From positions 1-64,000 of IMG/VR virus record IMGVR_UViG_3300029305_004606: DNA of 64,000 nucleotides. One strand, written 5' to 3'. This stretch comes from a virus. Taxonomy: Duplodnaviria > Caudoviricetes. This document shows positions 18,934 through 27,310 of the stretch, piece by piece. Position numbers and translations under genes: made by a program. How positions within the stretch are numbered: the stretch's first letter is position 1; every line of letters begins with the position of its first letter. The notes beneath the pieces were generated by a model. It saw only the letters and a program-made list of their open reading frames with translations, did no database searches and was not told the origin of the DNA.

Positions 18934-19592
18934 CTGGTTATGGTAGTGGTACTAAAGTAGCAGCTAAAGCTACTAGTGCTACAAGTGCTAGATATAGTAG
19001 CACTTCTAACTATGCTAAAGCAATACCATCTACTGTAGCTAGTAGAATTACTACATTAGAATCATCATTAGCTAATAAAGTAAGTATTGGAAGTCAACCA
19101 AATTTTCCTGGTGTAACTATTGGATCGTCTGATAGTATGTCATATATTTATACAGAAAATGGTGATATTAATTTTAGATATCAACTAACCGGAAAAGAAA
19201 CAAATTATATATCTATTTCTAATCTTCATGATCAATGTATCAATGGATTTAAATCATATAATACATATTGGGGAAATGTAAATACATCTTTTACAGATGT
19301 AAATAATATTTATATAAATGGTATAGGTAATACTGTTGGAGGACAATATACAAATTTACCTTTAGATACAGATGGTTGGGGTACATTAATTAATTTTGTA
19401 TGTGATGTTACTATAATTCAATATTATTTTGGATGGAATTCTGGACATTTATGGTATAGAATGCATTATAATAATTATGCATGGGTAGATTGGTGTGATA
19501 TAACAAGTATTTCAAATAGACTTGATAATCTTGAAAATAAGTTTAATAATTTATTTTCACAGAGTGGTACCACTCTTAATATTACCTATTAA
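18924..19592 (+). CDS. Silent tail-fibre cassette 9
   Basis: NDLAGYGSGTKVAAK... open into ORF 19137-19592; knob-like WYRMHYNNYAWVDW; ends SGTTLNITY. Confidence 0.8.
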   Translation, partial: NDLAGYGSGTKVAAKATSATSARYSSTSNYAKAIPSTVASRITTLESSLANKVSIGSQPNFPGVTIGSSDSMSYIYTENGDINFRYQLTGKETNYISISNLHDQCINGFKSYNTYWGNVNTSFTDVNNIYINGIGNTVGGQYTNLPLDTDGWGTLINFVCDVTIIQYYFGWNSGHLWYRMHYNNYAWVDWCDITSISNRLDNLENKFNNLFSQSGTTLNITY

Positions 19593-19612
19593 ATAAGGAG
19601 GTATTTATTATT

Positions 19613-20128
19613 ATGAGTATTAAATTTAATAATACAGAAATACCTTCTACTGGTGTTATAAGATTTAATGGAACTAAACTTGACACAGTTATATCTAATA
19701 ATGTTACTGTATGGGGAGGCAGTACTCCATATACTATTACAGATTTTACAAAATATGATTGGCGTTATTCTTATCAAGATGGTAGTGTTAATGAGTATAA
19801 AATATCACAAAATCTACTTAAGGTACAAGCAAAGAAAGATCCAAATAGTGGAGCTTTTGGTCAAACTAAATTAACTGCAACTTTACCAACAGGTGGATGT
19901 AATAAGATGAAAGTTGAATACTATGCATATGATGGATTTTCATCTTTTCAAGCAGTAACTGCATCTTTTGGTATATATAATACAGACTCTATATATCAAG
20001 CTGAAAGAAGAACTATCGTTTTTGATATATCTGGAGATACTATAAATTTTCAAATGTATGCTACAGATGCAACAGAATATTTTACAGCAGTTCTTGAAAT
20101 ATATTCTATAGAATTTTATAATGAATAG
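19613..20128 (+). CDS. Fibre-tip partner/adhesin-like protein of cassette 9
   Basis: RBS AAGGAGGT; N-terminus paralogous to 42-428. Confidence 0.6.
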   Translation: MSIKFNNTEIPSTGVIRFNGTKLDTVISNNVTVWGGSTPYTITDFTKYDWRYSYQDGSVNEYKISQNLLKVQAKKDPNSGAFGQTKLTATLPTGGCNKMKVEYYAYDGFSSFQAVTASFGIYNTDSIYQAERRTIVFDISGDTINFQMYATDATEYFTAVLEIYSIEFYNE

Positions 20129-20201
20129 ATAATAAATAGTATATTATACCAAAATTTATTGCTGATTATATCAAATAAATATCCCAGTAGACTATAATAG
20201 T

Positions 20202-20444
20202 CTACTGGGATTTATTATCACTAATTAACCAAAATAGTATAGATCCTATTACAATAGATATAAATCCAGATCGATATAACCAATTATTAGCAAGCATATC
20301 TATTAAAAATAGTAATGAAAAAGTGTCTTTCTTAAAATCTACAATATTAAGATATAATGTATATCCAATACATATTGTAAATCCAAGCAAAACTAATATT
20401 ATGCTAATTTTCATTATTGTTTCTTGTAACTTATTTTTCTTCAT
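20202..20444 (-). CDS. Small two-TM membrane protein
   Basis: ATG at 20444 after GGAGGTG; hydrophobic helices. Confidence 0.55.
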   Translation of the reverse strand: MKKNKLQETIMKISIILVLLGFTICIGYTLYLNIVDFKKDTFSLLFLIDMLANNWLYRSGFISIVIGSILFWLISDNKSQ

Positions 20445-20571
20445 AATTGCCACCTCCGATTTATATAATTGTATTATATATCATACTGAACAAATCCTCT
20501 AGGGTTTTATTAACCCTAGAGGATCGTTCAAATATATTTGAGTTCTTATGGAATTCCAAAGTATCATCTTT

Positions 20572-20653
20572 GCTAACGATGACGGGATTTGAACCCGTGA
20601 CCACCGGATGTGCACTTTCCGGTTGCTCTACCGAACTAAGCTACATCAAAAGC
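20572..20653 (-). ncRNA. tRNA-like RNA with non-canonical anticodon arm and mismatched acceptor stem
   Basis: Canonical D arm (GCTT...GAGC) and T arm (ACGGG-TTCAAAT-CCCGT); anticodon arm ACCGGA-AAGTGCACA-TCCGGT. Confidence 0.75.
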
Positions 20654-20656
20654 AAA

Positions 20657-20729
20657 CTCCCCGAGTAGGACTCGAACCTACGACACCCTGATTAACAGTC
20701 AGATGCTCTACCGACTGAGCTATCGAGGA
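20657..20729 (-). tRNA. tRNA-Asn(GTT), CCA not encoded
   Basis: TCCTCGA/TCGGGGA acceptor, TCTGA-CTGTTAA-TCAGG anticodon arm, GTAGG-TTCGAGT-CCTAC T arm, G discriminator. Confidence 0.95.
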
Positions 20730-20842
20730 ATAATCTATACTCTTATGTTGGTTATGAATTGTAAAAATGTTGATTTTCAATTATATATTATAATTATGAT
20801 AGATGTAATCAATATTACTAAAGCTAAAAGGAGGTAAAGTCT

Positions 20843-21391
20843 ATGAAAACACTATCGAACAAGCAGCTTGAGGAAATGGAACCTAAAATTGTCGAAGAGC
20901 TCACCAAAGCTAAAGGCAAGGATGCTGTAAAACAGGTTGCTAATAAGCTTAAGATTGATCAAGATCTGGTTAGACACATTTATAATACCAGAAAAATTGG
21001 TCAAAAGAAAATCAAAGTAGCACCAATTTCATCTATTGTTCAAATTTCTTCTCCAACTAATTTGAATCCAATTGTGAACGTTGCTGAATTATTACCTAAT
21101 CCTGAACTTCAAAGTAAAGTATCTGGGAATTTATCAGAAGATACTAATAACGTTGAAGTAAAGGGAGGAGGTAAAGGTAAACGACTTAGCGATGATATTA
21201 AGATCGCTGTAGCAATGGATCTTGAGACAGGAAAATATACTTATTCTCAGCTTTGTGAAAAGTATCATATTTCATATGCATCTGTAGCAAGAATAAAGAA
21301 AGAAATCATAGGAGGAGGATACGATTTGAGAAAACAACAACATGGAAAAAGAGATCTGGTGGTAAAAGAACAACATCTCCAAAGTCGATGA
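20843..21391 (+). CDS. HTH DNA-binding protein (early)
   Basis: RLSDDIK...YTYSQLCEKYHISYASVARIK; early promoter at 20775-20799. Confidence 0.65.
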   Translation: MKTLSNKQLEEMEPKIVEELTKAKGKDAVKQVANKLKIDQDLVRHIYNTRKIGQKKIKVAPISSIVQISSPTNLNPIVNVAELLPNPELQSKVSGNLSEDTNNVEVKGGGKGKRLSDDIKIAVAMDLETGKYTYSQLCEKYHISYASVARIKKEIIGGGYDLRKQQHGKRDLVVKEQHLQSR

Positions 21392-22185
21392 ACAAATATC
21401 AGGTAAGAAAGTCGATTGAGGAGTTGCAGGCAGAATATGTCAAGAAATCTGAAGAAGAAGTTGCACCTAACAATGAGAAAGAACAAAATATTGCAACTAT
21501 ATCGGATAGTCTTAAGACTGCTTTTAGTACAACATTCAAAATTGAAGAAGTAAAAGAAACAGCTGTTAAAGTTGGTCTTTGTGCTGATCGTCATGAAATG
21601 AATGTGGATAAATTTATATTTGGAACGCTTAACGAAAGTGAGATGTTCAATTATCCTTTATTGTACAATAAAGCAATGGCATTTATAGCAGATAATTGCC
21701 CTGATAAAATTCTTCATTTATATTGCACTGGTATTCAGTGTGCTTTAGCTGCTGTAATTAAAGCTTGTCATGATTCGAAATGCACATTGAGCTTATTTCA
21801 TTACAATGCATCAAATTCTACATATATGCGTCAGGATATGTGGAAGTATACAGATACTTTTGTCGATGAATTAACTGCAGCATATGCTGATATTTTGAGA
21901 AAAGGTCCTGTATATACATTTAACGCTCAGAGAATCAATCAGGAAGAATTTTTCACAATTAGTATCAATGAAATAAATAGAGAATCTGATGGATTTGCTA
22001 ATCAGGTATATGTAATCTGCAGTTCTATAGAGGATGCGTTTAAACTCTATGCTGATTATGTAAAATATAGCACATCAGAGGAAGGCAGCAAACAGAAAAA
22101 AGCTATCTTCTTGACAAGATGTAAAGTTGAAAAAGGAAAGTTCTTGTGGGATGCAAATATCTGCAAGTCTTTCAATTACAAGTAA
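21388..22185 (+). CDS. Hypothetical protein, possible CARF/SAVED-like Rossmannoid domain
   Basis: GLCADRHEM...LHLYCTGIQCALAAVIKAC...LSLFHYN; fold assignment tentative. Confidence 0.45.
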   Translation: MNKYQVRKSIEELQAEYVKKSEEEVAPNNEKEQNIATISDSLKTAFSTTFKIEEVKETAVKVGLCADRHEMNVDKFIFGTLNESEMFNYPLLYNKAMAFIADNCPDKILHLYCTGIQCALAAVIKACHDSKCTLSLFHYNASNSTYMRQDMWKYTDTFVDELTAAYADILRKGPVYTFNAQRINQEEFFTISINEINRESDGFANQVYVICSSIEDAFKLYADYVKYSTSEEGSKQKKAIFLTRCKVEKGKFLWDANICKSFNYK

Positions 22186-22245
22186 TATAATTTAGGCTCG
22201 GGGTGAAAATCACCCCGAGTTTATTTTTTCTTTGGAGGTATTAAA

Positions 22246-23355
22246 ATGATTGATTTTAGATCAATGGGAAAATTAGAATATATGACCAAGTATCGTATTG
22301 ATAAAGATAAAAAGACTATTAAAGGTTTTTTGGCAATTATTGAAAATATAGATAACGAATTTTTCAAAATTTGTATATCTGCATTTTTGGATGATACAGA
22401 TAATATTAAAGGACCTATTTTTAATAATCTGGTAGTATTTAGGGACAGAATGGGAATTCAGCATAAATTTAGTTTCGAAACTCGTTATATAATGAGATTA
22501 GATCATTATATCGAGCATATTAAAAGAACTTATAAAACAAAAGTTAAAAAAGAAACTGTAAAGTTGGATTTCTCACAACGTCATTGGTACAATTCTACTA
22601 TTAAAACAGAGAATGAATATCAAGTTAATCTTGGTTCTATAAGAAAAGGAAAAAATGTTGATGCTGAATCTGGAGATATGATAATAACAGTAGATAAAAA
22701 GAATGGTGTTATTTGTAGAGAAAAAGATGCATTTATAAAACCTATAAGTATTATAAATGATGAGGTAAAATTTGACAATTTATCTATAGAAATTTTTACT
22801 CTTGGAAATACAGGAATAGTTCATTTTGTAGATAAAGAAATTTATCATGATTATTATGATACAAATGGAAAATATCATCATTTAAAATTTTCAAGATTAG
22901 ATGTAGCTAGAGATATGGCTTTACATAATATTCCTACTTTATATCAGAATCATAAAATCATTAATATTGATGATCAGGAAACAATAGAAGTAGAATACGA
23001 TGTATATGGTATATACAAATCAAACAATGTAGAAGAAAAATATCCTGTAATGTATGACGAAATTTATTCAAGTAGAGATATATCCGGATATCCTGCAATT
23101 GTATATTCTCTTCATCCTGTACATATTGATCATAATAATCTCAGTTTAACTCATTCAGATTCTTTATATGCTTTAGATAATTATGATTCAGCGTTTGAAG
23201 CAAATAATAATGAATATATCTTTACTAGAGAAACTAGAAGATTTGGTCAAAGAGAGATTGACAAAATCAAACATGAAATAAAAGATAATAGACATGGTAT
23301 TATGGTTCCTAGCATTGATAGTCTTATTTACGAAGTTTTATATGGAAATAATTAA
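22246..23355 (+). CDS. Hypothetical protein
   Basis: 369-aa ORF with RBS GGAGG. Confidence 0.65.
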   Translation: MIDFRSMGKLEYMTKYRIDKDKKTIKGFLAIIENIDNEFFKICISAFLDDTDNIKGPIFNNLVVFRDRMGIQHKFSFETRYIMRLDHYIEHIKRTYKTKVKKETVKLDFSQRHWYNSTIKTENEYQVNLGSIRKGKNVDAESGDMIITVDKKNGVICREKDAFIKPISIINDEVKFDNLSIEIFTLGNTGIVHFVDKEIYHDYYDTNGKYHHLKFSRLDVARDMALHNIPTLYQNHKIINIDDQETIEVEYDVYGIYKSNNVEEKYPVMYDEIYSSRDISGYPAIVYSLHPVHIDHNNLSLTHSDSLYALDNYDSAFEANNNEYIFTRETRRFGQREIDKIKHEIKDNRHGIMVPSIDSLIYEVLYGNN

Positions 23356-23393
23356 AAGAAAGCGTTAGGAGTGACAAACTCCTAACGCTATTT

Positions 23394-24713
23394 TTATACT
23401 GTTCGAGATGCTGCTGTAGAGCCAAGAGGTTTGTTTGCAGAACTTGATCTATTAGAAGATCTATTTCTAGTAATTAAACTAGGTTTATATGTATCTTCCA
23501 TAGATCTAGCAACCTCTTCCGTTACAGCCTGTTTTAATCCAACATTACAACTTATAATAAATTTATTGCCAGATTTTTGATAAAAGAATTCTCTTTTATA
23601 AGCAAGATAATATTTACCATTATATTGAGAATAATCGGGATAGTGTTTAATATTATATCTCTTATTAGGAGTAAATATATCTGGGTCCAGATTTTGTTTC
23701 AATAATTGAACCATTACTGCATTACTTTGTAGATCATTTTTAATAGCAGCAGCACTATTAGATCTTACATAAGTAGTCTTAGTTGTATTTTGTTCATTTG
23801 GATTTGTAGTAACAGTTAAATTTTGTTTACCAGTTATATCACTATAACCAACAATATTATTTGCTACTTTATCAGTTGATGTATTTACAATAACATTGGT
23901 ATCATTTGCATTTACATAAACATGATAAGCTCCATTTTCTATATTAAATCCATCTGTAAATGCTTCTTTTGCAGTATAATTCTTTATTTCTATAATAACA
24001 GTATCAGGTTTACCGTCTTTGCTAGATACAGCTTCTCCATTTCTAGGTATAAGATAAGTATGTTTAAAATCCATAAAGAATGTAAAATATGAATCCCAGA
24101 AAGCAAACTTATTAAACAAGAAATTTAGCAGTTTATATCTAGAAGATAATGGTGGTAATAAAATGCTAGGAAATGTAGTATCATATTTAATATCAGGCAT
24201 TATAACATTTCTCATTCCACCTAAAGCAACATCTTCTATTATATCCTTTACAGAAATATTCTTAAATACTCCATTAAAAGATCTTCTTAATTCATTTGTC
24301 ATAGAAGAACTTACAAGACCAATGATAGTTCCTCTATAAGATGTATCTTTTGCAGTTTTTGTTTGATTTAAAGTATCAGCATAATTTGCATTAGTATTAG
24401 GAGTTACATAACTGAAAGTGTCATTGACCACTTCTTCAAATACAGAAGTTTTTGATAAGGCATTTCTCTTTCTTATTCTTAATCTAAACTCTGAATAATC
24501 TCTAGTGTTAGTGATTTTAGTATACAATTCACTACCAAGATTTACAGATACATATATTACAGGAAGAATTCTTTCATTTTCATATATTTCTTCAATCATT
24601 GCATAGCTAATTACAGCAGGATCTATAACATAAGCCTGGGGAATACTAGTTTGTGATTGTTTATATAAGAAGGTCAAGTCAATTTCGCCTTCATAAGCTC
24701 TTTCACTACTCAT
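23394..24713 (-). CDS. Probable virion structural (baseplate/tail) protein
   Basis: 439-aa ORF with RBS and late-type promoter; function inferred from context only. Confidence 0.45.
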   Translation of the reverse strand: MSSERAYEGEIDLTFLYKQSQTSIPQAYVIDPAVISYAMIEEIYENERILPVIYVSVNLGSELYTKITNTRDYSEFRLRIRKRNALSKTSVFEEVVNDTFSYVTPNTNANYADTLNQTKTAKDTSYRGTIIGLVSSSMTNELRRSFNGVFKNISVKDIIEDVALGGMRNVIMPDIKYDTTFPSILLPPLSSRYKLLNFLFNKFAFWDSYFTFFMDFKHTYLIPRNGEAVSSKDGKPDTVIIEIKNYTAKEAFTDGFNIENGAYHVYVNANDTNVIVNTSTDKVANNIVGYSDITGKQNLTVTTNPNEQNTTKTTYVRSNSAAAIKNDLQSNAVMVQLLKQNLDPDIFTPNKRYNIKHYPDYSQYNGKYYLAYKREFFYQKSGNKFIISCNVGLKQAVTEEVARSMEDTYKPSLITRNRSSNRSSSANKPLGSTAASRTV

Positions 24714-24808
24714 TTTAAACTCTCCTTTCTCTTGGATTATTCGGATGTGAATTTGATATCTTTATAATTATAGAACTTCCTTATAATTATGAAAAGGAGG
24801 TAAGTGTA

Positions 24809-26155
24809 ATGCCCAGAGAGATTATGTCTGCTCAGGATATAGAGCGTAATATTACTTTACCAGAAGATAGATATGGTTTTGAAAAAATAAAAAATCTTCA
24901 CGCTAGTTTAGCATTACCATCTTATGTACATGGTTATTCGTTAGCTATTCAGTATATGTATAATTGGTTTAAAGCTAAGTTTCCAAATGAATTCTTCAGA
25001 GGAGGAATTTATATAGATGGAAAGAATGTTTTGGACGATTATAAGAGACTTAATGACTATGCTATGAAGAATATTGTAAAAGGACAGAATCCTAGAGCAA
25101 GAATTGCTCCTGTTGTACAATACGATTATGATAGAGAAGGTCTCGATGTATATTTAGGTTCTCCTCATGTGTATCTGAGAAGATCAAAATTTCAAGATAG
25201 TTTCTTCAAAGATCCTGAAAGAGATTTATTTTTAGGATTTGTTCCTAGAGGATTAAGAATGGACTTTGGATTTAAGGTTCGTTTAAATTCTCGCTCTGAA
25301 CAGCTTGATACTTATAATATGATGGAATTATATTTCAGAAATGGATCTACACAGTCTGAATATATCAGTGTAGATTTCCATGTTCCAAAGCATATTGTTC
25401 ATCATATTGCAGAGAAAGCTGGATTTGAAATCGTAAATGATCAGGTAGTTGATGTAATCGATTTTATCAATTACCTTAATCGTCATTCTAGTTTACCTTT
25501 CTTATTTAAGATGCGTTCTATTAATCAGCAACCTGAATATTTTATCAGGGTAAATAATGTATATACACGTATTGCTGTAAGAGATAAATTACAACTTGAT
25601 GATGGTGAAAGAGATGGCAAGCTTGATTTTAATTTCCATATAGAAATGGCTGCTACTTTAGATATTCCTATTCCTCATTATTATGCTTTTTATTCAGCAG
25701 AAGAAATGAAGTCTGAGTTGGTTGTAAAAGAAACTACAGATTGTGTTGCTGTTTATAGTATCAATATCTTTGATATTCCTGAAGAAGATGAACATGGATG
25801 GCAGAATATATCTGAAACTTCTTATCAAGCTGATAAAGGTGAAACAGAAATCGATATGAGTTCCATATTCTCTGGTGATAATTTGTTAACTAGAGCTATA
25901 GATCACGAATTAACAAATTTTGTTTCTCCATATAAATTCTGCAATATCAAGATATTCAGGCAAAATGATGTAGCAAGAGTAGTTGATTTTGACTTTGATT
26001 GGAATACTAAGATTGCCAAACTTCATGTTCCTGAAGATGAAGGTGTATTGGATTTAGTTATATATTGTGATATGGAATATGTAAATAGTCTTAACATTGA
26101 ACTTGGTAATTATAATAAAACTCGTTTATCAAAAGATAATAGAATAGACGGATAA
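24809..26155 (+). CDS. Probable virion structural protein
   Basis: 448-aa ORF, RBS AGGAGG, late-type promoter at 24775-24786. Confidence 0.45.
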   Translation: MPREIMSAQDIERNITLPEDRYGFEKIKNLHASLALPSYVHGYSLAIQYMYNWFKAKFPNEFFRGGIYIDGKNVLDDYKRLNDYAMKNIVKGQNPRARIAPVVQYDYDREGLDVYLGSPHVYLRRSKFQDSFFKDPERDLFLGFVPRGLRMDFGFKVRLNSRSEQLDTYNMMELYFRNGSTQSEYISVDFHVPKHIVHHIAEKAGFEIVNDQVVDVIDFINYLNRHSSLPFLFKMRSINQQPEYFIRVNNVYTRIAVRDKLQLDDGERDGKLDFNFHIEMAATLDIPIPHYYAFYSAEEMKSELVVKETTDCVAVYSINIFDIPEEDEHGWQNISETSYQADKGETEIDMSSIFSGDNLLTRAIDHELTNFVSPYKFCNIKIFRQNDVARVVDFDFDWNTKIAKLHVPEDEGVLDLVIYCDMEYVNSLNIELGNYNKTRLSKDNRIDG

Positions 26156-26196
26156 AAAGACCCTAGGAGTTTTATCAACTCCTAGGGTATTTATTG

Positions 26197-26382
26197 TCAA
26201 ATAGAAGATGTTTGTACAGCAACTCTAAGTATCTCTTTATGAATTGCTTTCTTTTCAGCTGCTTTCTTCTGTTCATAATCAGTGTCAGCATCTGAAATAA
26301 ATGGATCTGATGTGGGCATATTTGTAGTTAATAAAGTACCACGCCTATTGGTGGTTTTAACTGTTGTTACATTAAGAGGCAT
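26197..26382 (-). CDS. Small hypothetical protein
   Basis: ATG with GAGAGG RBS, directly downstream of 26398-27189. Confidence 0.5.
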   Translation of the reverse strand: MPLNVTTVKTTNRRGTLLTTNMPTSDPFISDADTDYEQKKAAEKKAIHKEILRVAVQTSSI

Positions 26383-26397
26383 AATAATGTACCTCTC

Positions 26398-27189
26398 TTA
26401 TTCTCCAAGCTCAGCAAGGATTTCTTCTGCTCCACCCTGCTCTTTCAGCTTAGGAATAGCTTCTGCTTTAGAAATTCTGTTCTTCTTTCCCTCATTGTCA
26501 AGTTCATAGAAGCACCATCTACCGATAGCATCCTTGATAGCAAGAACTTTGCCCACTTCGTCTTCTTCAGGAATAATCTCCATAGATTCATCTGCAGCAT
26601 CAAATTCTTCTTCTTCATCTCTCTGAGGATTAAGTGCAGCAATTTCTTCTTCAGTATGTACAGGTTCAGTTGCAGGTTCCAAATGTTCATCTTCAACTTC
26701 TTCCGTAAAATACTTTTCTTCATCTGCATATTCTTCAGCAAGAGCTTCATCCTGTTCCTCTGTATTATTTACAGAGAGTCTGTAAGACATATATTCTCCC
26801 TGAATATTATCTGTAATTCCAGCTTTTTCACAAAGAGTATCAATAAACTTGATTACATAATCCTTATCGATGATATTTAATATAGTTTTAACGATAGAAT
26901 CATCATCAAGTCTCTTGTTCATCTCTTCTACAACATAATCCCAAGCATTGTCATAAACAGCATTAAGAACTGTAATTTCAAATTCTTCTACAGAATCGAC
27001 CTTTGACGGATCAATATCCTTGATTGTAGTAATAATGATCTTGATAAGTTCATCTCCAAGACCTTCTAAGAACTCAATAGCGGCTTTAGTGTCATCACTG
27101 TTCTTTTTTCTGATAATAAGAGCACCGACTCCAACCAGAATAGCAAGAACAAGAATAGCACCAATAGCAGTGATTAATTCAGCATTCAT
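26398..27189 (-). CDS. N-terminally membrane-anchored, highly acidic protein
   Basis: Single TM helix followed by an E/D-rich region. Confidence 0.65.
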   Translation of the reverse strand: MNAELITAIGAILVLAILVGVGALIIRKKNSDDTKAAIEFLEGLGDELIKIIITTIKDIDPSKVDSVEEFEITVLNAVYDNAWDYVVEEMNKRLDDDSIVKTILNIIDKDYVIKFIDTLCEKAGITDNIQGEYMSYRLSVNNTEEQDEALAEEYADEEKYFTEEVEDEHLEPATEPVHTEEEIAALNPQRDEEEEFDAADESMEIIPEEDEVGKVLAIKDAIGRWCFYELDNEGKKNRISKAEAIPKLKEQGGAEEILAELGE

Positions 27190-27310
27190 ATTAATTTACC
27201 TCCTAAAAATTGGTTATTATTAAAAAGTTATACATCTTCTATTTTTATCATTTTAGAAATATAAGGATACCAGATAGACTAACTATCTGGTATCCAGAGT
27301 TATTCAACAA

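Noticed and set aside
508-19020. gctactagtgct-type repeats as a CRISPR array
   Set aside because: The repeats are in-frame codons for KATSATSA with wobble variation, and there is no regular repeat-spacer period or cas gene.
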